Shown one piece after another: positions 1-8,612 of a DNA stretch of 40,979 bases; the first letter of the stretch is position 1, and every line of letters starts with the position of its first letter. Where the stretch lies: IMG/VR virus record IMGVR_UViG_2703718797_000012, one strand, 5' to 3'. Made by a program: the position numbers and the translations under genes. This DNA comes from a virus. Taxonomy: Duplodnaviria > Heunggongvirae > Uroviricota > Caudoviricetes. The notes under the pieces were generated by a model. It was not told the DNA's origin. It made no database searches and was given only the letters and a program-made list of their open reading frames with translations.

Positions 1-993
1 GTGTATGAGTTTCATCTTGGTCTTGACCGGACCGTTTATGAACCGTTACTGCAAAGCAATTTTTCTGTAGGTTTAATTCTGGGTGCGCTCTTTTTTGGTC
101 TGGGGTATCTGGCGGGATGCGGTTTGCTTGACAGCTTCACCGAAAAAATGGCGCGAAATTTTCATTTCGAATATGGAACAGCGCGCGCCTGGGGATCTTT
201 TGGCTATGCTATTGGCGCATTCTTTGCTGGCATATTTTTTAGTATCAGTCCCCATATCAACTTCTGGTTGGTCTCTCTATTTGGCGCTGTATTTATGATG
301 ATCAACATGCGTTTTAAAGATCAGGAACACCAGTGCGTAGCGGCGGATGTGGGAGGGGTAAAAAAAGAGGATTTTATCGCAGTTTTCAAGGATCGAAACT
401 TCTGGGTTTTCGTCATATTTATTGTGGGGACGTGGTCTTTCTATAACATTTTTGATCAACAACTCTTTCCTGTCTTTTATGCAGGTTTATTCGAATCACA
501 CGATGTAGGAACGCGCCTGTATGGTTATCTCAACTCATTCCAGGTGGTACTCGAAGCGCTGTGCATGGCGATTATTCCTTTCTTTGTGAATCGGGTAGGG
601 CCAAAAAATGCATTACTTATCGGTGTTGTGATTATGGCGTTGCGTATCCTTTCCTGCGCGCTATTCGTTAACCCCTGGATTATTTCATTAGTGAAGCTGT
701 TACATGCCATTGAGGTTCCACTTTGTGTCATATCCGTCTTCAAATACAGCGTGGCAAATTTTGATAAGCGCCTGTCGTCGACGATCTTTCTGATTGGTTT
801 TCAAATTGCCAGTTCGTTGGGGATTGTGCTGCTTTCAACGCCGACTGGGATACTCTTTGACCACGCAGGCTACCAGACGGTTTTTTTCGCAATTTCGGGT
901 ATTGTCTGCCTGATGTTGCTATTTGGCATTTTCTTCCTGAGTAAAAAACGTGAGCAAATAGTGATGGAAACGCCAGTACCTTCAGCAATATAA
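1..993 (+). CDS. LacY-family oligosaccharide:H+ symporter, C-terminal about 330 aa (sucrose permease CscB-like); 5' end cut by window edge or truncated
   Basis: Translation aligns along its length with LacY-type permeases (EKMARNFHFEYGTARAWG, KNALLIGVVIMALRIL, LHAIEVPLCVISVFKY motifs); no upstream stop in window; first 12 residues hydrophilic and unaligned. Confidence 0.8.
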   Translation: MYEFHLGLDRTVYEPLLQSNFSVGLILGALFFGLGYLAGCGLLDSFTEKMARNFHFEYGTARAWGSFGYAIGAFFAGIFFSISPHINFWLVSLFGAVFMMINMRFKDQEHQCVAADVGGVKKEDFIAVFKDRNFWVFVIFIVGTWSFYNIFDQQLFPVFYAGLFESHDVGTRLYGYLNSFQVVLEALCMAIIPFFVNRVGPKNALLIGVVIMALRILSCALFVNPWIISLVKLLHAIEVPLCVISVFKYSVANFDKRLSSTIFLIGFQIASSLGIVLLSTPTGILFDHAGYQTVFFAISGIVCLMLLFGIFFLSKKREQIVMETPVPSAI

Positions 994-1432
994 ACGTAAA
1001 CTTTTTCCGGTTGTTGTCGATAGCTCTATATCCCTCAACCGGAAAATAATAATACCAAAATGCTTAGCCCTGCTAATAATCGCCTAATCCAAACGCCTCA
1101 TTCATGTTCTGGTACAGTCGCTCAAATGTACTCCGGATACACGGCTCGCTGATTTCCAGGGCATTGTCGTAATTCAGCGACCTGTCCCGTGTATCACGGG
1201 CCTGCGAATTCATCAAGGAAAGCATTGTGGAGTGAAGTATCAAGTCACGCCATATTTCGCGATCAGGATTGTGTGTGATGGTTACATCGCCCAGCCCAGG
1301 GCTGTTTAGTCATCAGCGTTTTCTGACCGTGTTGAGATTTCAACCTGTTGCAGGAAAAATGAGTAGATAGGGCAAATGTGCTGCCAAACTTATCTTTTAC
1401 GGGGTGAAGGTAGATATCGTTTGAAGGGTATC

Positions 1433-1447
1433 TGGTGTCCCCTGCAG
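1433..1447 (-). repeat. att core: 15-nt copy of tRNA-Arg (argW) 3' end (CTGCAGGGGACACCA on minus strand)
   Basis: Exact match to recalled argW 3' terminus including CCA; no upstream tRNA body, so a displaced 3' fragment at the int-distal junction. Confidence 0.7.
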
Positions 1448-1504
1448 ACATCTACTTGAAGCAGCAGGGGATTGATTAGAATGGTGTTTTTTAGGTGTGA
1501 GAAA

Positions 1505-1526
1505 TATTTTACCCGCTATTTTACCC
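1505..1526 (+). repeat. Two direct copies of TATTTTACCC 12 bp apart, overlapping the excisionase 3' end
   Basis: Read directly at 1505..1514 and 1517..1526; position next to att core suggests Int/Xis arm-type binding sites. Confidence 0.4.
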
Positions 1527-1721
1527 ATTGGCGCGGCTTAAGAGCTTATTTTTGAATTCACAATGGTCACGATATAACCATCTTGCTCGACCGTGGATAA
1601 CTTTGGCTTTAGGCAGGTCGCCGGACTTAATCCGGTCGTAGATGAAGGTTTTACCAAAGCCAGTATCAGCCATGATGAATTTCAAATCAACCAGTGAATC
1701 AGGTTGTAGTTCGTGTTGCAT
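1521..1721 (-). CDS. xis: Excisionase / recombination directionality factor, AlpA/TorI family (66 aa)
   Basis: 66-aa small DNA-binding protein matching recalled TorI of the KplE1/CPS-53 argW prophage; sits next to att core at the int-distal end. Confidence 0.8.
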   Translation of the reverse strand: MQHELQPDSLVDLKFIMADTGFGKTFIYDRIKSGDLPKAKVIHGRARWLYRDHCEFKNKLLSRANG

Positions 1722-1852
1722 GAGTGCTATCTCCGAATAGGGAATCGAACCTGCAAATCAGGCAATAAAAAACCGCCATCAGGCGGCTTGGTGTTCTTTC
1801 AGTTCTTCAATTCGAATATTGGTTACATTGTTTTAATATATGAATAAATAAA

Positions 1853-2065
1853 TTAGCTTTTTTCGTTGCCTTCGCGTTCTTTATTAATTTTAACAAACTC
1901 GTTTTTACCACGCTCTCCAAATGCGTCTTTAGAGTCGTTGTATCCGCAATCGCAGCACACATAATCACCAGACCATCCACGCATTGTTTTTTCTTTTGCA
2001 ATATTTCCAGAACCGCATTTTGGACAAGACATATCACTACCTCCAAAGCATGAGTGAGATGACAA
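1853..2065 (-). CDS. Small zinc-ribbon protein (CPKC...CCDC), AT-rich gene
   Basis: 70-aa ORF with two Cys pairs; co-oriented with early-left operon. Confidence 0.45.
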   Translation of the reverse strand: MSSHSCFGGSDMSCPKCGSGNIAKEKTMRGWSGDYVCCDCGYNDSKDAFGERGKNEFVKINKEREGNEKS

Positions 2066-2128
2066 CGTAACATTGATTGGAGATTAACAATAGATTGCTG
2101 ATGTAAAAGATATGTATAAGCTTCGCTT

Positions 2129-2668
2129 TCAAAGTGGAGGCTCTGGTAGCGGCATCCAGTGTGACGGCTCACATACCCCCTCAACACCATTCATGTAAAA
2201 GAATTGAAATAACCCTTTACCTTTGTGAAACCCTACCATCTGCTCTTTTGTGTCTGAGCAATAAACCAAAACATCTTCTTCGCTTGGCATTCGCTCACTA
2301 CAGCTTATCCAACCATCCGGAATTACCGGAGAGTTGCCAGCGGCCTCGGGCATATCCGGACCTTTGCGAATAGCCTTTGCAAGCTCCAGCGGGTCATCGT
2401 AAAGCCAGTCGCCAGTTTGTGGGTGATTTGCTTCTGCAAGCTGCGCAGCCCATTCAAGACCATCTTTTTGACCTTGGAGATAATCAAGCGGCAACTCTTC
2501 ATGATTACTTGCAGGTTCTGCACTATCAGCTTCGCGCCGCTTCTGTAGCTCTGCTGCCATCGCTCTCACGACTTCAACTGGTGCCCTTGCAGCAAACTCT
2601 ATGTTGGTGATCAGCTCATTAAGATATTGCTCGCTGGGATACTGTTTCTTATCGGTTATAGTGGTCAT
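2129..2668 (-). CDS. DUF551-domain early protein
   Basis: C-terminal DGWISCSERMPSEEDVLVY...WMPLPEPP motif typical of DUF551 in lambdoid ea regions. Confidence 0.7.
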   Translation of the reverse strand: MTTITDKKQYPSEQYLNELITNIEFAARAPVEVVRAMAAELQKRREADSAEPASNHEELPLDYLQGQKDGLEWAAQLAEANHPQTGDWLYDDPLELAKAIRKGPDMPEAAGNSPVIPDGWISCSERMPSEEDVLVYCSDTKEQMVGFHKGKGLFQFFYMNGVEGVCEPSHWMPLPEPPL

Positions 2669-2670
2669 AG

Positions 2671-2862
2671 CTATTTCACCTTAATCTCAACATTTCGCAG
2701 CTTTAGCTCTACTGGCAGGTCTGACTTTCCGGTTAATGCTAATGCGAGATTTTCTGGAGTAATGAGAGCCGTTATTGTTTTCCCCATCGACAGACGAATA
2801 ATCATTCGTATCTCGCGATCGTCACATGCTCCCGGTCGAACAATTGAGATTTGTCCGTTCAT
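2671..2862 (-). CDS. Hypothetical early protein (63 aa)
   Basis: ATG start directly abutting upstream gene stop; operon context. Confidence 0.45.
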   Translation of the reverse strand: MNGQISIVRPGACDDREIRMIIRLSMGKTITALITPENLALALTGKSDLPVELKLRNVEIKVK

Positions 2863-2863
2863 C

Positions 2864-3262
2864 TCACTCTCCTTTGATGCGAATGCCAGCGACGCGTAGT
2901 GCGTGTTCTAAGTCAATCAGGCAAAGCCAGCTGCCATTTTCTTTAGGTATCATGACATGTCGCTTATCAGCATTTATTGGGTGCCCATATCGAAGGTCGT
3001 AGCGAGTCGGTAATTGAACTTCCCTCGCTTCCAGTTCTGTAATGCGTCTGTCTTTAGCTTCTATTTCATCCAGCAGTGCCAGCACGGTTTCTGGTCCGGC
3101 CAGAAATTTGAAGGCGTTGAGCGCATCAATATCCACACCGTAATCTTTAAGTTCCTGTTCACTTATCAGATCATCATCAACTGGCAACATTAACAGGCGT
3201 TCCATTGCCGGAATTGCACGTTCTGCCGCCTCACGCAGTGCCTGGTAATTAATTTCGCTCAC
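2864..3262 (-). CDS. Ead/Ea22-like early protein (GTG start)
   Basis: N-terminus [16 protein letters not shown] resembles Ead/Ea22 family; GGAGG RBS 7 nt upstream of GTG. Confidence 0.6.
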   Translation of the reverse strand: MSEINYQALREAAERAIPAMERLLMLPVDDDLISEQELKDYGVDIDALNAFKFLAGPETVLALLDEIEAKDRRITELEAREVQLPTRYDLRYGHPINADKRHVMIPKENGSWLCLIDLEHALRVAGIRIKGE

Positions 3263-3503
3263 TGGTTGCCTCCTGCTTTTCTGCCTTCAACACCATGCGA
3301 GAACCATCATCCAGCTCCCGCGCGATCTCACCACCTTCAGCCATGACCAGTCGCCATACCAATTGAGCAGCCTCATTGGTAACATCACGACCTGGATCAT
3401 TGCCAACGCGCATACGTCCACCTTCAACATCGCGCATTTTTGCCAGCATGATAGTTTTTGATAGCGGTGAAAAACCAAGCTGTAGTCGTGCTGAATTACT
3501 CAC
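3249..3503 (-). CDS. Hypothetical early protein (GTG start after AGGAGG)
   Basis: ORF frame of the 3249..3524 track entry; start inferred from RBS spacing and GTGA overlap with upstream stop. Confidence 0.4.
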   Translation of the reverse strand: MSNSARLQLGFSPLSKTIMLAKMRDVEGGRMRVGNDPGRDVTNEAAQLVWRLVMAEGGEIARELDDGSRMVLKAEKQEATSERN

Positions 3504-3667
3504 TGGTTGCCTCCTTTGCGCCACATAGCATTCAGATATTTGTTGTCATTAACAGAACCGAAACTCTTTCTTTTAAGCAATTCCTCTCTCGATGGCATTG
3601 GCTTTACGCGTTGGCGAATAATCATTTCTGCCGGAAGAATGCCGGGATTGTATGCAAGTCCTCTCAT
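3500..3667 (-). CDS. Hypothetical small early protein (55 aa)
   Basis: Hand-translated ORF below track threshold, ATG at 3665..3667, stop overlapping next start (GTGA). Confidence 0.35.
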   Translation of the reverse strand: MRGLAYNPGILPAEMIIRQRVKPMPSREELLKRKSFGSVNDNKYLNAMWRKGGNQ

Positions 3668-3972
3668 GATTTACTCTCAACGAACTGGTCAATAGCCATG
3701 CTAAGTGACATACCTAAAGTTTCGATATGCTGCTGAATATCCTGTAGCGTCTGCGCCTGAGATAACAGGATTTCACGGTTGCATAACTCTTTGACCAGAT
3801 GCTCAAACTTGCTGTAATAACCGATACGGCTTAGTGTTTCTTTCCCTGCATTCTCACCTTCTTTGATAATTCCTCTTTCATTAAGAATCAGGTCGTGTTT
3901 GGTTCCGGTAATAACGTATTTGCCGAGGTCGATGTTTAGCTTCATTGTTTTCATTGTTAATTCCTCAGTCAT
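3664..3972 (-). CDS. Hypothetical early protein (102 aa, coiled-coil)
   Basis: Internal ATG of 3664..4104 ORF chosen because upstream part overlaps preceding gene in another frame. Confidence 0.45.
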   Translation of the reverse strand: MTEELTMKTMKLNIDLGKYVITGTKHDLILNERGIIKEGENAGKETLSRIGYYSKFEHLVKELCNREILLSQAQTLQDIQQHIETLGMSLSMAIDQFVESKS

Positions 3973-4258
3973 TACTGATAGCGCCATAGCGTGAGCGGTA
4001 ATTACGCAGGCGCGGGTCAATTTCAGGGAAGTGGGTATATGTGGCTTTGCGGAATGGTCGGATTGATGTCTGGTAAATTCGCTCGCGTTCTTCTTTCTCT
4101 GCAAGCCATATACAGTGGCGAAATTCCTTTTCCTCTTTCGTTTCCTGTGGTAGCGACATTATCCGATCGTAGTTTCTTCTGAATTTATCCAGCACCTCCG
4201 ATACGGAATTGCCGGAACAGCGGCGCGCGTCATCCGCACCATACAGAGGCGCTGGCAT
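3965..4258 (-). CDS. Conserved lambdoid early protein (possibly Abc2-like anti-RecBCD)
   Basis: 97-aa ORF; size and position next to recombination genes fit P22 Abc proteins; assignment from memory only. Confidence 0.4.
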   Translation of the reverse strand: MPAPLYGADDARRCSGNSVSEVLDKFRRNYDRIMSLPQETKEEKEFRHCIWLAEKEERERIYQTSIRPFRKATYTHFPEIDPRLRNYRSRYGAISND

Positions 4259-4274
4259 GGTTTTCTCCTGTTGA

Positions 4275-4823
4275 TTATTTAGCTAACTTTTTCCAGATCG
4301 CTGAAACGTATTTTGCTTGGTGAATGGCATCATCAAGCGCGTTGTGGCGAGTTCCTTTGAATGGCATATCTCGCTTAGGGTCGAATCCTATTACCTTCCC
4401 AAGTTCGACGATTGTTCTTACGTCGCGGTCATTCCACCACTGCCACGGAACTGGCTGCCCTGTCAGCGAATAACTGTTGCGGAGAATAACGCAGTCAAAT
4501 GATGCTCCATTCCCCCAAACCTGAACGAATTTGTGGTTAGCGTTCTTTATGATGAATTCAGATAACCATGAAAGAGCCGTTGAAAGCTCCTGAGTGTTGC
4601 TGGTTAGCGATTTTCTGGCTTCTTCACTCTGTTCCAGCCACCATAAAATCGTTGAAGCGTCAGGACGCGCCCGATATCGCATTGATGACTCAAGCGAGAT
4701 ATTTACCGAGAACTCTTCTCCTGTTTCTCCGGTATTCGGGTCAAAGAATACTGCCCCAATAGAAATAACTGGCGCGTATGGCCCGTTGCCCATTGTTTCA
4801 AGGTCAACCATCAAGTGATTCAT
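4275..4823 (-). CDS. 3'-5' exonuclease, DnaQ-like DEDD family
   Basis: Exo motifs VDLETMG and HNALDDA. Confidence 0.75.
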   Translation of the reverse strand: MNHLMVDLETMGNGPYAPVISIGAVFFDPNTGETGEEFSVNISLESSMRYRARPDASTILWWLEQSEEARKSLTSNTQELSTALSWLSEFIIKNANHKFVQVWGNGASFDCVILRNSYSLTGQPVPWQWWNDRDVRTIVELGKVIGFDPKRDMPFKGTRHNALDDAIHQAKYVSAIWKKLAK

Positions 4824-4831
4824 GTAAGTCC

Positions 4832-5338
4832 TTAAATTGCGTGAATAGCGTGACGAGGGAAGGGGAGAGTTACTGGTGCAAAGGGTATATCGTCGTCAAA
4901 ATCCATCGGAGGTTCGTTGTGTTGTGCTGGTGATGATTGCTGCTGTGGCTTCTGTGATTGCCTGCTGGCTGCTTGTTGTTTGCTGTCGCCAATGCCGCCA
5001 AGCATTTGCATCACGCCATTAATTCCGACATGAACCTCGGTTGTGTAACGGTCTTGTCCTGACTGGTCTTTCCACTTTCTGGTTCTCAGCATTCCCTCGA
5101 AATAAATCTGATCACCTTTTTTCACATACTGCCCCACGACCTCAGCCAGTTTCCCGGATACAGCAACACGATGCCATTCAGTCAATTCCTTTTGCTCGCC
5201 AGTATTTTTATCTCGCCATTGTTCTGACGTGGCTATTGTCAGGTTAGCGAACGCTGTTCCTGATGGTGAGTATCGAACTTCCGGGTCTTGTCCTACCCGA
5301 CCAAGGATAATCACCTTATTTACGCCTCTGCTTGCCAT
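4832..5338 (-). CDS. ssb: Single-stranded DNA-binding protein
   Basis: OB-fold SSB sequence with Gly/Gln-rich linker and acidic C-terminal DFDDDIPF tail. Confidence 0.9.
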   Translation of the reverse strand: MASRGVNKVIILGRVGQDPEVRYSPSGTAFANLTIATSEQWRDKNTGEQKELTEWHRVAVSGKLAEVVGQYVKKGDQIYFEGMLRTRKWKDQSGQDRYTTEVHVGINGVMQMLGGIGDSKQQAASRQSQKPQQQSSPAQHNEPPMDFDDDIPFAPVTLPFPRHAIHAI

Positions 5339-6046
5339 TTATGCCGCCTGTTTTAGTTCGTTAACTCTGATGTTCATTACCTGAACGCATTTAGCCTGCG
5401 CATCCTCATTGCCAGCCATTAATTGCCAGTCATGCTGATAACGTTCTATGAGTTTTTTCTTGTCAGTTTCTGTCGAAGCATAATCACTGAAGTCTTTCAG
5501 GATTTGTTCGCAGTCAACCGATGGAGATTTCTGGTTGGTATTTTCTGGTGATGGTTGATTGCCAGATGCTGGCATTGCCCATCCCGGCAGCGATGGAGGG
5601 GACCAGTAAAATCCTGTTCCATCTTTCAGTTTTGCCCTGTGCCATCCCTGCTTTTTATCGAGAGATGTTTGTGCGAAACCTTCCTCAAGGTTATACAGAT
5701 ACCGACCGATTCCCCACTGAACGGCAGCACGCTTCATTGCACCGGAACGACCACCTTTGACGGCTTCTACCTGCGTGTTTTCAGCAGCATCCCATTTGGT
5801 TACCCATTCGGAATCAATCTTGATTGATATGCCGCATTCAACTCCGCCGTTGTTGGGAATATCGCGGTATTCATTGCGCCATCCTGCTTTGCCGCAAACA
5901 TCGTCCAGGCGTTTCATGATTGCCCTGTTCGTGACATAAGCCAGCACCATAGCCCACACCTTGCCATCGCGTGTTTTACCGCTTTGCTGTATTCGCCATT
6001 CGATATCTTCAGGGCTGAATGGCTCATCGAATTTGTTCAAATCCAT
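5339..6046 (-). CDS. Rad52/Sak-family single-strand annealing recombinase
   Basis: Conserved Rad52-type N-terminal region (AGWRNEY, SGAMKRAAVQWGIGRYLY); abuts ssb. Confidence 0.7.
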   Translation of the reverse strand: MDLNKFDEPFSPEDIEWRIQQSGKTRDGKVWAMVLAYVTNRAIMKRLDDVCGKAGWRNEYRDIPNNGGVECGISIKIDSEWVTKWDAAENTQVEAVKGGRSGAMKRAAVQWGIGRYLYNLEEGFAQTSLDKKQGWHRAKLKDGTGFYWSPPSLPGWAMPASGNQPSPENTNQKSPSVDCEQILKDFSDYASTETDKKKLIERYQHDWQLMAGNEDAQAKCVQVMNIRVNELKQAA

Positions 6047-6145
6047 AATTCACCTCAGAATGGACACGGCCCAAGGAAATAACGCTGATTTAATACTTCG
6101 ACTCGGGACAAATTAAGGCATACCCGCATTCCTTCGCGGTCGCCA

Positions 6146-6304
6146 TTATGGCGATACCAGAGAGCTTTCTGCGTGTACATGCGCCTCTGTAACTTGCTCT
6201 CCTTCACTGTGGTTGCAAGTGACATGAATATCTCCTTCGTTGCCGATTAATTCTTTCATCTGACGAATGAATTCTTCGTCTGACCAGTTATCTGTAAAAC
6301 TCAT
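6146..6304 (-). CDS. Small early protein (52 aa), translationally coupled to upstream gene
   Basis: ATGA start/stop overlap at 6301..6304. Confidence 0.4.
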   Translation of the reverse strand: MSFTDNWSDEEFIRQMKELIGNEGDIHVTCNHSEGEQVTEAHVHAESSLVSP

Positions 6305-6471
6305 GGACGGCCTTGTTGTTTCAAAATATCCCAAAGCTTTTCGAGCAAACTTTTCATTCTTGGTTGTTTAAAGTCTGCTCCGGTTAAAATGTTTTTTCGT
6401 GAATGCTGCACCGATAAAATTGGGTTGAAAGGGCGAACCGATGCCGCCCCTGCAATAGCGAACTGTTGCAT
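6301..6471 (-). CDS. CIII-like protein (56 aa)
   Basis: Starts MQQFAIAG like lambda CIII MQYAIAG; GAAGGAG RBS; position downstream of N. Confidence 0.5.
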   Translation of the reverse strand: MQQFAIAGAASVRPFNPILSVQHSRKNILTGADFKQPRMKSLLEKLWDILKQQGRP

Positions 6472-6665
6472 AGGATGCTCCTTCTGTTTGATTGCATAAC
6501 GAAAACGCCTCAAGTGAAGCGTTATTGGTATGCATATAAAAAGGCCCTCACACTGGAGGGCAAAGAAGATTTCCAATAATCAGAACAAGTCGGCTCCTGT
6601 TTAGTTACGAGCGACATTGCTCCGTGTATTCACTCGTTGGAATGAATACACAGTGCTTATTCGTA

Positions 6666-7136
6666 CTAATAAAATACCCAATTTTCTGTTTCTTGGTTGT
6701 GTCCAAAGTTATATTCAATATCTGGTGTTGATGTATCAATATTTTTCATCCCATCAACAAGAGTTGATACAACAGCCAAATCTTGTTTTATTCTCATTAA
6801 ATGGTATTTCTTCCGGCGCAATAAACTTTCAATAGCAAGTTTCTTCGTTGGGAATGCAAAAGATCTTTCTGCATTTTTTGCTACTTTCTTAATTGCATAT
6901 CTATTTCTCCTTTGTTTCCATTCCTGTAACCACTGATTTGGTGCTGGTTTAAAATTAACAATCCAATGCGCAGGAACCAACCATGCATAATGCTCTGTCT
7001 GATGAAAAGCTATATATTGAAGTGCGAATATTTTTATCCCATCTTCTTCAACTGTCGCCTGGAATCTCCAGAAAACAGGCATTCCATCATGTTCAGTTTC
7101 TGATTCAGAAAAAGGTACGCTCCATGATTTTGTCAT
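6666..7136 (-). CDS. Hypothetical protein (156 aa), AT-rich insertion directly downstream of N
   Basis: Complete ORF, low GC versus neighbours, no TM segment, no recognised domain. Confidence 0.55.
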   Translation of the reverse strand: MTKSWSVPFSESETEHDGMPVFWRFQATVEEDGIKIFALQYIAFHQTEHYAWLVPAHWIVNFKPAPNQWLQEWKQRRNRYAIKKVAKNAERSFAFPTKKLAIESLLRRKKYHLMRIKQDLAVVSTLVDGMKNIDTSTPDIEYNFGHNQETENWVFY

Positions 7137-7144
7137 ATCTCACC

Positions 7145-7444
7145 TCAAATAAGTGGTTTGCTGCCTAATTTCATTTTCTGGCGACCAACACAAGTCACAC
7201 CCATTTCACTGCGTGGCTTGCGGTAGTAAATACGATTCTGTTTATGATAGACTTCTTCTGCCTTCTTGCAGCGAAGGCTTCCGAGTGATGCTGCTTTGTC
7301 TGCTCTGACGCAACCAGAGAGCTTTAGCGCAATTTTTCGCGCCAGTCGCTGCTCTTGCATTGCCTGTTCACGTTGAGCCTGTCTGCGTGCTCTGCGGCGA
7401 TTTCTGGCGTTATCGTCAGCCAGATATGTAATGACTACTGTCAT
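7145..7444 (-). CDS. N: N-type transcription antiterminator (99 aa)
   Basis: N-terminus MTVVITY plus arginine-rich motif NARNRRRARRQAQREQA resembling P22 gp24; downstream of nutL. Confidence 0.75.
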   Translation of the reverse strand: MTVVITYLADDNARNRRRARRQAQREQAMQEQRLARKIALKLSGCVRADKAASLGSLRCKKAEEVYHKQNRIYYRKPRSEMGVTCVGRQKMKLGSKPLI

Positions 7445-7754
7445 GTTGACCTCCGATGAAACAACTTTGGAATTGATAGTGATTGCAAAGTGGTTTCTGG
7501 CCCCTCGAATTGAGGGGCAGAAAGAGCATCTCGCCAACTAATAGGTCGATGCTCGGATCGAGAGATTTAATTAACCTCGGTTTTGAAGTTATGCATTCAC
7601 ATAAATCCTCCTGTTGCATGTGCAGCATTGGCTGTGTTTGGCGGCTGCATTTCGCCCATGGAATTGACTTTGGCGGTGACGCGCCGGGTGCTTATCTTCC
7701 GGTTGCCGTCGTGCAGCTGCACTTCACGTCACCCCAAAGCCAACTACTCTTTGG

Positions 7755-7796
7755 TTCCCGCATTTCGGCGGGACAACCCCATCAATGTTAAAGAGC
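7755..7796 (-). promoter_or_regulatory. nutL (boxA GCTCTTTAAC; boxB hairpin CCCGCCGAAATGCGGG)
   Basis: Minus-strand boxA and boxB essentially identical to the nutR copy at 8885..8929. Confidence 0.7.
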
Positions 7797-7834
7797 CTGC
7801 CAATCTGTTCCGTTTGGCTTCCAGCGTCCTGCTG

Positions 7835-7925
7835 ATGGCTTAAATTTAAGATCTCTTTAATTAATGGTCAAGAGTATTTTTGAAGAAAACTTAAATTTTC
7901 TTTCGTAACTTAAGTTTGGCTTTGA
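7835..7925 (-). promoter_or_regulatory. pL promoter with OL operators
   Basis: Minus-strand TTGACC -35 with P22-type TTTAAG...CTTAAA operator half-sites. Confidence 0.5.
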
Positions 7926-7939
7926 TTTTTAAAGGAAAT

Positions 7940-7961
7940 AAAAAAAGGGGCGAATGCCCCC
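7940..7961 (-). terminator. Rho-independent terminator after c2
   Basis: GGGGC-GAAT-GCCCC hairpin followed on minus strand by 7 T. Confidence 0.65.
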
Positions 7962-8612
7962 TTATGGAAGGTTTGCTAGTTTTGCATCGACAACTACGCC
8001 GATGATTTTGCAGTTTCCGTTGATCTCGATCATCGGATATTGTGGGTTAAGTGGTTTTAGAAACTTCCTGCCTGCATCAATAACTAACTTCTTGAAAGTT
8101 GCCTCGTTTTCTCCTTCGAGCTTTGCAACTACCAGTTTCCCGTTACGCGGCTCTACTTCAGGATCGACGAGTATTATCATTCCTTCAGGGATACTGAGAC
8201 CGGCCGGAGCCGTCATTGAGTCTCCCTTCACGTCCAACCAAAACGAATCTTCTGAACAGTCTACGGTTGTATCGTACCAGTTATCTATTGCACGCTTATG
8301 ATATGGTTCTACAGCTTCCATCCAGCATCCTGCGCTCACCCAGCTAATCAGAGGGTATGACCCTCTTGGATCATGCCTACTGTGATAGGCAATGTTTGAA
8401 AGACTTTCCTCTCCTTTCATCAGATAGTCAGGGGAACACTTCAACGCATTAGCCAGGGCGAGAAGATTCTCTCCATTTGGCTCTGTCTCAGAGCGTTCCC
8501 ACTGAGATATGGCAACATTAGACACGCCGACCATCTTTCCAAGTGCGGCCTGCCTGATCTTGAGTTCTTTTCTCCGAGCGCGAATGCGCTCTCCCATCAA
8601 TTGAGTTTTCAT
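7962..8612 (-). CDS. c2: Prophage repressor C2 (LexA-like, HTH plus S24 peptidase domain)
   Basis: 216 aa, near-identical to recalled P22 C2 including Ala-Gly cleavage site and Ser/Lys dyad. Confidence 0.95.
   Translation of the reverse strand: MKTQLMGERIRARRKELKIRQAALGKMVGVSNVAISQWERSETEPNGENLLALANALKCSPDYLMKGEESLSNIAYHSRHDPRGSYPLISWVSAGCWMEAVEPYHKRAIDNWYDTTVDCSEDSFWLDVKGDSMTAPAGLSIPEGMIILVDPEVEPRNGKLVVAKLEGENEATFKKLVIDAGRKFLKPLNPQYPMIEINGNCKIIGVVVDAKLANLP

Noticed and set aside
994..1432. Possible gene remnant on the minus strand in the host intergenic region
   Set aside because: No ORF of convincing length or recognisable homology could be established by hand.
1263..1451. 62-aa minus-strand ORF spanning the att core
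   Set aside because: It crosses the host/phage junction and starts within the tRNA-derived core; no RBS or homology.
1807..2190. 127-aa minus-strand ORF overlapping the zinc-ribbon gene and DUF551 gene
   Set aside because: It overlaps two better-supported genes in other frames and is likely spurious.
3458..3736. Plus-strand ORFs inside the leftward early operon (for example 3458..3736, 4317..4502, 5555..5827, 7483..7791)
   Set aside because: Antisense to well-supported minus-strand genes or in the pL leader, without RBS or homology.
7500..7518. Hairpin GCCCCTC-GAATT-GAGGGGC considered as nutL boxB
   Set aside because: The true nutL boxB matching nutR is at 7755..7773 with an adjacent boxA; this hairpin has no boxA and a different sequence. 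It may be a leader structure or processing site.
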